Virus record (IMG/VR): IMGVR_UViG_3300025141_015636
Length of the DNA: 64,000 nt
DNA from: an uncultured virus (IMG/VR IMGVR_UViG_3300025141_015636)
Lineage: Duplodnaviria > Heunggongvirae > Uroviricota > Caudoviricetes
Reading direction: 5' to 3' (one strand)
The first letter of the stretch is position 1, and every line of letters starts with the position of its first letter. A program made the position numbers and the translations under genes. The notes under the pieces are model-generated. The model did not search any database and was not told the DNA's origin. It worked only from the letters and a program-made list of their open reading frames with translations. This document shows, piece by piece, positions 1 to 9,800 of the stretch.

Positions 1-1452
1 GTTAATAACAGAGTGTTCCTATCAGGATCTGATATAGGTCTTAAGGGTGAAAGTACAGCAGCTAACGCTATCAGGCTCGAAGCTTCTGCCGGAGGTATTG
101 ATATTGACGCTATTGGTGCAATCAGCATTGATTCATCAGCTGGATCAATTGATATGAATGTTGTTGACGGACAAACTGTCGCAATTGGATTAAGCGGTGC
201 AGCAGAGCTTGTTCTCTCTCCGCATGGAACTCCTGCAAATGAGAAGATCGCACTTATCAACACAGCAGGTACTGCTGATGATGCTATTAAGCTTGATGCA
301 GTCGCTGGTGGTCTCCTTCTTGCTGCTGGTGATGATTCACTTCATCTCGATGCTGACGGTACTGATGCTGATGCATTGAATATCGATTCAGCTGGCGGTA
401 TGGACGTTGACGTTGTTGGCGTTCTTGACATGCTAGCCGGTGATGACTCTGTTATCGCTGTCGGTACAGCTGCCAAAGATCTTGCACTCACAGTTTCTGG
501 CGGAGGAGCCCAAGTTCTTCAGTTGAACTCAGCAGGTACAGGCACTGATGCTATTGACATTAATGCTACTGCTGGTGGTTTAGATGTTGATGCAGCTGGT
601 GCTATAGCAATAGATGGTACAGGTATCTCACTTGACTCTGATGCATCTTCAAACTTCAGCACATCAATTGGATCACTAACATTTGTTGGTGCGAATAGAA
701 CATTCGTAACAGGTTCAGACGTTGGAGTCAAGTCAACATCAACAGCTGTTAATTCAATTAATATAGAAGCTTCAGCTGGTGGAATGATCTTGTCAGTTCC
801 AGATCAAAAGGGCTTGTCTCTTGGTAAGGCTGGCGGTGCAGAGATTCTTATCTCACCTCATGATACACCTGCTCAGGAGAAGATATTAGTTGAGAATAGT
901 GCAGGTACTGCATTAGACTCTGTTCTTCTAAGATCACCAGGTGGTGTTATAGCTTCAGGATCACAGGTTCAGCTAACCGGATCAGATGGTGTATTCTTTG
1001 CTTCACATAAAGATATGACTGGCGATAGAATAAAACTAGCAAACACTGGAGATTGGACAAGCTTCGTTGGAAATGCACTCTTTGGTGCAAGCACAACAAT
1101 AATTGGAGCACTAAACGTTCTAGCTTCAGCTGCCGGTGGTGGCCAGATAGGCTATGCTGTTCTAACTGGATCAGTTTCTTCACCAGATCCTTTCTCGCTA
1201 AATGCAGCGTCAGGATTCGTAAATGGAAATGGATATACGCAGCACACTGCATTCATTCCAGGCGAAGTTAATCCAGCAAACACTCAGGTGTATGTAAATG
1301 GTCAACTACTTGCAAGTTCATCAAATGCTGCTGCACCAACAACTTCTGGTGACTATCAGATTGTTAGAGGTGTTACTGGTCAGATCAAGTTCAGTTTTGA
1401 TCTCGAGGAAGATGATGTTGTACTTATAAAAACCTCTGCACAACAAAGCTAA
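1..1452 (+). CDS. Tail fibre-like / virion structural protein with beta-repeats (5' end lies outside the window)
   Basis: Frame is open from base 1. Repeated units AIRLEASAGGIDID / AIKLDAVAGG / ALNIDSAGGMDVD / AIDINATAGGLDVD / SINIEASAGG, an internal duplication (SPHGTPANEKI vs SPHDTPAQEKI), and a C-terminal VYVNGQLL...GDY...IKFSFDL beta domain. Followed by a strong terminator. Confidence 0.65.
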   Translation, partial: VNNRVFLSGSDIGLKGESTAANAIRLEASAGGIDIDAIGAISIDSSAGSIDMNVVDGQTVAIGLSGAAELVLSPHGTPANEKIALINTAGTADDAIKLDAVAGGLLLAAGDDSLHLDADGTDADALNIDSAGGMDVDVVGVLDMLAGDDSVIAVGTAAKDLALTVSGGGAQVLQLNSAGTGTDAIDINATAGGLDVDAAGAIAIDGTGISLDSDASSNFSTSIGSLTFVGANRTFVTGSDVGVKSTSTAVNSINIEASAGGMILSVPDQKGLSLGKAGGAEILISPHDTPAQEKILVENSAGTALDSVLLRSPGGVIASGSQVQLTGSDGVFFASHKDMTGDRIKLANTGDWTSFVGNALFGASTTIIGALNVLASAAGGGQIGYAVLTGSVSSPDPFSLNAASGFVNGNGYTQHTAFIPGEVNPANTQVYVNGQLLASSSNAAAPTTSGDYQIVRGVTGQIKFSFDLEEDDVVLIKTSAQQS

Positions 1453-1481
1453 TCTTTAGATTATATTTGTAGAGTAATTTT

Positions 1482-1515
1482 TGAGGACCGTGTTTACGCA
1501 CGGTCCTCATTTTTT
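1482..1515 (+). terminator. Rho-independent terminator
   Basis: Perfect 11-bp stem TGAGGACCGTG (1482-1492) / CACGGTCCTCA (1499-1509), followed by T6. Confidence 0.9.
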
Positions 1516-1520
1516 ATAAT
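1493..1520 (+). promoter_or_regulatory. Putative sigma70-type promoter overlapping the terminator
   Basis: TTTACG (hairpin loop) - 16 nt - TATAAT (1515-1520), 26 nt before the 1547 start. Confidence 0.45.
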
Positions 1521-1546
1521 TTCTCTATGCATCAACAGGTGAAAAA

Positions 1547-1966
1547 TTGAAGTTTTTAGATGAATTAGACAATATGATAAAAGGCGCAGATAAAGAGATT
1601 TTAAAACTAGATACTGCAAGAATAAAAAAAGATTACCATGTTAATTTTGTGACAGATAGAATAAACAAAGGAATAGAAGCGCTGACAAAAGAAAACCCTG
1701 AGGATCCGGTAAAGGTTCTAGGGTCAGTTCTGTCAATGGTTCCAGATTTTATATCAGAGGGATTTGATCTAATAAATAGATCGCATAGAGACCTTTTAGT
1801 ATCAAAGCAAACAATGGTTAAAATAAGGGATGGTATACAGAAATCAGATGAGGAGGGTGAAGAAGAAGAAGAGCCTAGCGCATTGGTAGAAAACGGCCAG
1901 AGCAAAAAAAAATCATCTAGAAAAAAACCAAAGCAGAGAAAAACATCTGACAGACCTTCAAAATAA
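1547..1966 (+). CDS. Hypothetical protein, helical, with an acidic then Lys/Arg-rich C-terminus
   Basis: 139-aa ORF with a TTG start after AGGTG; no recognisable motif. Confidence 0.75.
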   Translation: MKFLDELDNMIKGADKEILKLDTARIKKDYHVNFVTDRINKGIEALTKENPEDPVKVLGSVLSMVPDFISEGFDLINRSHRDLLVSKQTMVKIRDGIQKSDEEGEEEEEPSALVENGQSKKKSSRKKPKQRKTSDRPSK

Positions 1967-2037
1967 AAGATAATAGTTTTAAAAACTAAATACTCGGAAA
2001 TATTTTCAAATACCTAGTAATATACTAGGAATTTATA

Positions 2038-2730
2038 TTGAAAAACTCAACACAGAGAAATGAGAGTAGAAAGCTTAGAAGGTTAAAGTCTAAGCTTTCA
2101 TATTATAGAGCTGCTCTTGATGATATAAAAGGTACACTCTTTGATTACGAAAAGGAGTGGCTTTCTGATATAACGAGAATAAAAAGCAAGGCTTGCAAAC
2201 AAAATGATAATAAAAAAGAAATAGACACAAAAACGTCTGTAGATATTAAAAATTTTGAAAACGCTAGCGAAGAAAAAGATCAAAATTGCAACAAAGAAGA
2301 CAATAGCATCTCAGATAAAAAACATCCTAGATGGGTAAAAAAACTATTTAAAAAAATAGCATATCTGACACATCCTGATAAGCTAATTGGCGAGTTAGAG
2401 AAAGAAAAATTCTCTGATTTATTTAATAAATCAAGGGAGGCTCTTGATAATACTGATTATGATAGACTCGTAGAAATAGGCGATAGCCTTAATGTTGAAA
2501 TAGATCTTAGTATAAATGAAATTATTTTAAAGCTTGAAAAAAGATTAGACTCTATAGTAAGTGAAATATCATTAATAGAAAAATCGTCTGCCTGGATGTG
2601 GGGAGAAAGTTTTGGAATTATAGATATCAGGCTCAAGATTGCAAAGTATGAGCTTGAATCATCAGGAGCTGGAAATATACATGATGGAGATATTATTGAT
2701 ATTATTTTAGATATAGAGTCTAAAATGTAA
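2038..2730 (+). CDS. J-domain (DnaJ-like) co-chaperone protein
   Basis: VKKLFKKIAYLTHPDKL...FSDLFNKSREAL matches helix II-HPD-helix III of a J-domain; N-terminal coiled coil. Confidence 0.75.
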   Translation: MKNSTQRNESRKLRRLKSKLSYYRAALDDIKGTLFDYEKEWLSDITRIKSKACKQNDNKKEIDTKTSVDIKNFENASEEKDQNCNKEDNSISDKKHPRWVKKLFKKIAYLTHPDKLIGELEKEKFSDLFNKSREALDNTDYDRLVEIGDSLNVEIDLSINEIILKLEKRLDSIVSEISLIEKSSAWMWGESFGIIDIRLKIAKYELESSGAGNIHDGDIIDIILDIESKM

Positions 2731-2754
2731 TTTTATATCAAACTTACTATCGGT

Positions 2755-2761
2755 ATAATTA
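2755..2761 (+). promoter_or_regulatory. Putative late promoter (ATANTTA motif)
   Basis: ATAATTA 20 nt upstream of the 2782 start; the same motif precedes many structural genes. It also overlaps a TATAAT. Confidence 0.4.
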
Positions 2762-2781
2762 GTATCTGAGGCTATTGTGAC

Positions 2782-4011
2782 ATGGCAGGAATACTTAATT
2801 CAAAAACAAGAGTGATAGACGCAGTCATCACAAGTGAAGGAAAAAGGCAAATAGCAGATGGAAACCTAATAGTTTCATATGCATCAGTATCTGATAAGCA
2901 CACATATTATGAGAAAGATATAGCAAGCGGATCATCAGATGCTACAAAGAGAATATACTTTGAATGCCCCATTAAATCATTTAATGATTCAATTACACTA
3001 GAGTCAGATGACTCTGGAAAGCTTTGGGGATATGAGACAACACCTGATATTTTGCTAAGGGGTGATGGTGTAGTAGAAAAACTAGTAACAGGATCAGATC
3101 AGTCAGAGCCTCAGTATACGCCAGCGGGTCAGTTTGAAGGATTTGCATCTGTAGCTGATAAAATACTTTCATCATCAATAGATAGCTTTAAAAATCTATA
3201 TACAATAGGAACTAGAGATGCAGGCGAGTCAATATCGCTTAGAACAAAGCTAAGTAAAAATTCATATAAATTTACTATTAGTAATACTTATCCATTTATA
3301 GAAGGTCCAGGAGATAGCACAATAAATGTAGATTTTGTAAATCCATTATTTTTTGATGAAAGGCTTCAGTATGCACCCCAGTTTAAATACTTACCTCCTA
3401 TTGTAATGGATCCGGAAGACTTTTTTGATCCTGATAACATACAAGAGACACAGGGTATTCCGCTATACTTTGGAGATTACGTGCAAATAGCAAGGGCGGA
3501 GCATTTGCAATTATCAGATCTCATGTACCATTTAAACAAGACTGATAGCTGGTTTACGCAAGAAATTCACCCAGATGATCCTGGAGAATTATTAACAAGA
3601 TCGGATATGGAGTCGTCAGTTATAAACTGGGATCCTGATGATGATGAGGATAATACATCTCTATCTCAGCAAGGCCCATGGGTTAAAAGCGAAGATTCAT
3701 CAAATTATGGATTAAATGAATCAGAAACAGATGGATCAAGAATAAACCTATCATCAGATGAGCTAGCAAGGGAAAGAGTTTCTGTATTTTTTGAAAGAAC
3801 ATCTTCAACTAATAATATTATGATGCAAATGTTTGAGATTGATTCTTCAAAATCAACAATGCTAAAGCTAGATATTATTGATTTTGGATATCATACAGAT
3901 TCTCACGATTCTGCAAGACCTATAAAACATGTATTTTTTGCAGGAAAAATATTTATAAATTCTTACGGGCTACCCGTTTTTATTAACCTTTTTGATATAA
4001 TTTTAGACTAA
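2782..4011 (+). CDS. Virion structural protein (baseplate/fibre-anchor-like N-terminus)
   Basis: N-terminal IDAVITSEGKRQIA...IVSYASVSD is paralogous to the 12926 protein and resembles the first half of the P2 gpH-type fibre-attachment domain. Confidence 0.55.
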   Translation: MAGILNSKTRVIDAVITSEGKRQIADGNLIVSYASVSDKHTYYEKDIASGSSDATKRIYFECPIKSFNDSITLESDDSGKLWGYETTPDILLRGDGVVEKLVTGSDQSEPQYTPAGQFEGFASVADKILSSSIDSFKNLYTIGTRDAGESISLRTKLSKNSYKFTISNTYPFIEGPGDSTINVDFVNPLFFDERLQYAPQFKYLPPIVMDPEDFFDPDNIQETQGIPLYFGDYVQIARAEHLQLSDLMYHLNKTDSWFTQEIHPDDPGELLTRSDMESSVINWDPDDDEDNTSLSQQGPWVKSEDSSNYGLNESETDGSRINLSSDELARERVSVFFERTSSTNNIMMQMFEIDSSKSTMLKLDIIDFGYHTDSHDSARPIKHVFFAGKIFINSYGLPVFINLFDIILD

Positions 4012-4012
4012 C

Positions 4013-6829
4013 ATGATAATAAGAAAAAAGAAACACCCAAAAATACTTTCAAGCATAGGCGGAAATTCGTCAAAAATTACAAGCATAAAAGATAAGACAT
4101 TAGATATTCTTATAAATGAGGGGCAAAATCCTCTAGGCTTATCCGTCTCTCAGAAAGTTGTAAAAAGAGATTGTGAAGAAATAGACTATGAGTTTTATTT
4201 TAAATGCGATATGAGAAATTTAATTTCAATAGGTGCCACAGAAATAGAATTTTTAGTTGTAAAATCTGATTTAAAAATTTCTCCTGGGTTTTTTAAAAAT
4301 ATATCAGAAAAATCTCCAATTTCAGTTTCGTCTGTTATATTTGGGCAAAAATCAGACAACTCAAGAATAATGACAAATGACTTTAATGATAAGGTTATCA
4401 TGAAAGGAAAAATAGACATGATTAACGAAATAAGAGATACTAGAATGTCTAGAAGTTCTTCAAAGTCTAAAAAGTCTAATGATAGCGATATGTTTGGAAG
4501 CGCAATAAAATCAGTAATAGTAGAAAAGAGATCACTAAAAAGAAAAGGTCTGTTAAACAAGAGAATGCCTCAGGTTCAAACTTCAACTGTTGATAACAAT
4601 AGCGTGGAAAATAGTCTCGAAGTTAGTGACATATATACTTCACTTCTATCAAACGGGATAGATCCTGTAGATTCACTAAGGCCAATGATAAATATGTCAA
4701 GTCCTGACCCAACTATTTCGCCAGGACTTGTTACAAATAAAATATACTCATCAAATAGAAACTTAAACAAAAATCTAAACTCAATGAGATCAAAATTTGA
4801 AAAGGGTTTTTCAAACTCATTCCCGCAAACAACAGTAAAATATGGATCTGGCAACTCTGATTATATTACAATTGAAAAATCAGTTCCAGACAGGGTTAGA
4901 GATATAACCCATAAATTTAAAATAAATTCAAGATTGTTATATTCCATGTCTTCATTTTTTATTATACTAAGAATAAGAGATAAGAAGTCAGGGATGATTA
5001 CAGAAAAGTTCAACGTAAGAGTTAATCATAAAATAAATGTTGAGAATTACTATATCCCAGGTGAAATTCCCATTGTTAGCTCTGTTATGTCATCAAATGG
5101 ATCTAGAAGAATTGCAGCATCAATAGGAAAAAAAGATAATACAATAAATGACGAAAAAATTTATATCAGAAAGATAGTAGATGACTCTCCCTTAGTTTTA
5201 TTTCCATTTAAAGAGTTTATAAGAAGAAGTAAAATTCCAAGCCCAGGGGGACAAAATGGAAATATTAGTACTCCACCATCTGAAAATATATTTGATGGGT
5301 CTTCATTTCAAAATGGAACAAAAAATTTAAATATGATAAGAGTTTGTCCAGTTATAAAGACAGGGTTAAAATTATCAAATTTTTCAAGTACATCAGTTTC
5401 CGGCAGATCATTTAATTATACATCTTGCTCAATTACTGCCAAAAATATCGGAGGGGGAATATTAATAAGTGTTTCAGATATTACAAGCGATATTTCTGGA
5501 GTTGCAATTTATAAAAAAATTGCAGGATCTAGAGTGCCTTTTAAGTTATTTAGCAAAGCCCTGGGCCAAGAAAGATTAGATTTTAGATCATCTGAGAATT
5601 TTACTCGTACCACAACAGCTGGAAGAATTATGATTGATTCAAATGTAAAAGAAGGTTTGACATATATCTACAGGGCGAGATTATTTTTTAAGTCAGGTGG
5701 CGACAAATTTTCTAAAGTATTTGCAACTGCAAAGTGTCAAAGAAATGCAGAATTTTTATCAATATCTACTAGCAATCTTAAGATTAGTAATGCGAGCATA
5801 GGAAATTCGCTGTATGGAAAAGATACAATACCATACAATCCAGCGATGATATCTTTCAATATAGACTACAATATACTAGATACACAAAGTGATATTCTTC
5901 TTTCAATATTACAAGATGCAGGAATGGAAGATTTATTTGGAGGAGAAATAGAACAGATAAAAAATTCACTATCAGATAGAGTTGTATTTGGAATATTTAG
6001 AAAAAATATAACTCTATCAGAAGAAATATTTCTTGGATATTCAGGAAGCGGTGAATTTAAAGATGATGGATCATCTGCTCCCTTTCCAACACATGGAATG
6101 AAATATATCTATAGCGTAAGAGCATTTCTAACAACTCCTGAAGAATTTTCAAGAGCTATTACTACAAAACTACAAACAGACTTAAATGTTGTAAAGAATA
6201 CATCTATGCTTCTCTTACCGTCAACATTCACATCAATAAGAAGTTCTGTTGTAAATAATTTAAACTTAAAAGTAAATACCACTGCAGTTGGTTCAATAAC
6301 AAGTGTATCACAAGAATTGGATACAGAGGCGATATTTCAATCAGTAAAACTTACAAAGAATTTTGACAAAATGTCTCTTTCAAAGGGTACACTGGCTAGC
6401 CAGACAAAAACAACACCCGACGATGTACTTCAAAAATTTGACATAGGTGACAATACAGAAATTTTAGTAAATTTAGCAGAGTTTGATTTCACAATATCAT
6501 CAACAAGAGGACAGTCTGTAACAACATCATCAAAGGGATTCCCAGTTTTAAGATTTTCTGTAATACCTGCAACAGATTTCGCAACGTTAAAGCTGATTGA
6601 TTCAATTGTAATATCGTGTGAGAGGCAGGGAAGAAGATCAATATGCGGTTCAGCACATCCCTCAGAATCTATTGTATTTGTAGACTATACAAATAAAGAT
6701 TATATAGGACAAATAAATTATTATGCTACAATAATAAAGATAGACGGTACAGTTATTGATGATAAGATTGTAGGATCTACAGTATTAGTAGACAGGTCAC
6801 CAAAAAAGAAGAAAATTAGGAAAAAATAA
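4013..6829 (+). CDS. Large hypothetical protein, probably virion-associated, with Ig/FN3-like segments
   Basis: 938 aa. GVAIYKK...DSNVKEGLTYIYRARL and FKDDG...KYIYSVRA resemble FN3 strands. Tightly coupled to neighbours (1-nt gap, TAATG overlap). Confidence 0.55.
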   Translation: MIIRKKKHPKILSSIGGNSSKITSIKDKTLDILINEGQNPLGLSVSQKVVKRDCEEIDYEFYFKCDMRNLISIGATEIEFLVVKSDLKISPGFFKNISEKSPISVSSVIFGQKSDNSRIMTNDFNDKVIMKGKIDMINEIRDTRMSRSSSKSKKSNDSDMFGSAIKSVIVEKRSLKRKGLLNKRMPQVQTSTVDNNSVENSLEVSDIYTSLLSNGIDPVDSLRPMINMSSPDPTISPGLVTNKIYSSNRNLNKNLNSMRSKFEKGFSNSFPQTTVKYGSGNSDYITIEKSVPDRVRDITHKFKINSRLLYSMSSFFIILRIRDKKSGMITEKFNVRVNHKINVENYYIPGEIPIVSSVMSSNGSRRIAASIGKKDNTINDEKIYIRKIVDDSPLVLFPFKEFIRRSKIPSPGGQNGNISTPPSENIFDGSSFQNGTKNLNMIRVCPVIKTGLKLSNFSSTSVSGRSFNYTSCSITAKNIGGGILISVSDITSDISGVAIYKKIAGSRVPFKLFSKALGQERLDFRSSENFTRTTTAGRIMIDSNVKEGLTYIYRARLFFKSGGDKFSKVFATAKCQRNAEFLSISTSNLKISNASIGNSLYGKDTIPYNPAMISFNIDYNILDTQSDILLSILQDAGMEDLFGGEIEQIKNSLSDRVVFGIFRKNITLSEEIFLGYSGSGEFKDDGSSAPFPTHGMKYIYSVRAFLTTPEEFSRAITTKLQTDLNVVKNTSMLLLPSTFTSIRSSVVNNLNLKVNTTAVGSITSVSQELDTEAIFQSVKLTKNFDKMSLSKGTLASQTKTTPDDVLQKFDIGDNTEILVNLAEFDFTISSTRGQSVTTSSKGFPVLRFSVIPATDFATLKLIDSIVISCERQGRRSICGSAHPSESIVFVDYTNKDYIGQINYYATIIKIDGTVIDDKIVGSTVLVDRSPKKKKIRKK

Positions 6830-9800
6830 TGGGAAATCCAACACCCGGAATAATTGTACAAATACAGCCGGTTGAAATTAATTCGTCGCCAACTCCGTCT
6901 GGAATGTCATCAATAGAAGATAGCTCACTAACATTTGATGAAGCACAGGCTCTTACAAACGTGCCATATCTTGATATGGTATTGGTTGAAAAAAACTATG
7001 ATGATATTTATTTAAATCCCGATCTTGAAGCTATGCTAAATACTAGAGGGTTTTCAACACAAAGACCTGAGATTCTAGGCATGTTTGAGTTCCTGCCTCC
7101 TTTGTCTGCATACGGAGAAGGCTATGACTATCAGACAACATCTTACGGGGAGCTATTTGACTATCAATGTCAACTTAAGCAACTAAGATATACTGATGCG
7201 CTAGGATTTTTTACAAAAATGCTTGAATTTTCATATGAAGATGCATCTGCTGGAAAGATTTTTAAAAATGATTCAAAATCAGATGAGTATTTAGATGTAT
7301 ACGAAGAAGATATGGATATTGCAAAATCTACTATTGACTATCTTGAATCACTATATGAGTCAATTAGCTCGTTTATTGATGGCCAAAATATAAAAGCTAA
7401 ATCTTTTAATACAATAGATGTTGTAACACCACATCCGTCGTCAAGAACGACGACGGTCGGAGAGTCAATTGTAGCATCACTAGCTGATATAATTCCAATG
7501 CCAGCCGAGAATGCATGGAATGACGCCAACACAAACTTTACAGTTGAAGAATTTATAGAATATAAAATAGGATTTACAAGTGATTGGGTAGCAAGATCAT
7601 CCAATACGACGATAGTTTTACAGCTACTGTCATATTTAGGCGGGATGGGAGCATTTGCAAACGGTATCTATGGGGTCATGACACCGGGCACAGACTCAGA
7701 CTACTCACAATATCCAACAAATGGAATAGTTGGATACAGTGTCGGTATAAATTCAACTATAACTAAACTTCTTGATTGGAACTTGCTATATCCAAAATTA
7801 GTAACAGCAGGTGGAGAATTATATCTATATTCAGAACAAGATAACAATATGATATCATTAAGTGATGTTTTAAAATATCATGATCAGGATGGCGATAGCT
7901 GGAGCGATGCAACTGTGTATGGAGGTGAAGGATCAGAGGCCCATTCGACGCTCGGAGCACTCATTCATGCATTCGGGATGGATGCTATTCAAAATGCAAC
8001 TTTTCAAATGGATCTACATGGAACGGGAGAGGTAAGAGATATTCCTACTGAAATAGCATCAATACTTGGTATTGATACTTCACAGACAGTAGAATCAATT
8101 CTTGATGGTAGGGAGTCAGCAAAAGATACATCTGCCATTGCACATCTTATTCCAGAAAATGAAGATGCTAGTTCACAAGATCAACAGTATGTGGAGTCAT
8201 TTACAACATCAAACTTTAATCTTGCAGAAGGAATAGCTTCGAGTAGATCTGGAAGATCATATTATGTAGATGAAATACCGACGCGAGAAGTTACAGAGTC
8301 TCAGGAAAGATTGAATAAACTAATATCAAACCTATACTCTCTTGGGACTAATTCTGTGAAGAACTTACTCAGGCTTTCAGGAATAAAAAAGCTTAACGAA
8401 AATAATAATCATTTTTCCTATACACCAGGATATGATTCAAACTATTCTTTGACACCAAGTCTTTTCATAGTTAAAATATTTGAAGCACTTGCAAAAACAC
8501 TTAAACCCTGGGCAAACCTTGGCGGATCAGGTTCATGGCTTCCAGGACATATTGTACCTCTTGCAGTTTGTACAACAGCAACTGGTGATATAAACATGGG
8601 CCCATATGATGGAAATATAACTAGATCTCTATTGAAGTACATACTTGCAAGAGATGAGTATAAATATAAAAACTGGAGAGAGGCTTCCTCAGAAGCAGAA
8701 GCAAGGGATATCTACATACAGGCAAGGGATGATTTAACAGAAGATATTAAAGATCATATGAGAGACAGAATTACATTTGCTGAATTTAACGGCTCAAATG
8801 GTAAGGATGAAACGTCAGCTCCAGTCTTTGGCGGAGGGGAAAAGGGAACTTCATGGGAACAAGACTGGTCATATGCCTATATGTGCAAAGAAGCCTATAC
8901 TAGCGAAGAAAGCATCTTTTCAAATTCATCAAAAATAGGCGATGATTATTTTACTATTATGTTTGGTGTTGGTGGATTTGAACTAGATAGCGATAAGGGA
9001 TCTGTTTTTGATGCACCTATAGAAGCTGTAAATGAATTTTTAGAAATACTTGAGACAGGATGTCAAACAATGCCTGGCAGCAGAAATGAAGAAATACTTT
9101 TAGAAAATGATTATACGGGAAGAGGTATTAATAGGGCTAGCATGATATCTGCAGCATATCTTTTGTGCTTGCGCGTCTGGAAACAATTTGCAGGCGGAGC
9201 TGTAATCTGGACAGACTCTGCTGAAAGACGTTCCTCAGGTGGAGGAGTTTCAGTTGGAAATAAGTGGGGAGGATCGTCAGGATGGTTCGATAAAAGAGTT
9301 ATACATTCATATATTAATGCATTTGAAGAGTGGCAGCACGGAGGTACACCCTTCTTGGGTGAAATTGGTGACATCCTCACTGAGACAAAATATGATAATG
9401 ATGTTGTGCCGTGGTCAACGGGATATGGATACTATAAGGATATACAATCAGCACTAGAGATGATGGACGAAATATATAATACAGCCATAAATATCGAAAA
9501 AAATGCAATTCAAACATCATTATATATAGGAAATATACTAGATTCGTTAAAATCAGCTGCATCAGGTGTAATATCACATATAGATGAAATAAATTTAACA
9601 TCACAGACATTTGAAAATCCACTAGAAGAAATAATGTCAGACGAAGATTTTGGTCAGGCAACACTTTTTTCAACAACAAGAGACCAAATATCATTAGCAA
9701 GAGCTCTCTATGATTCATTTGCAGTTCCAAATAGGGAATACCCATATCTTCCTGCATCAAAAGCAATAATGACAAATCAGTCAAAAAATCTTGCTGGGTT

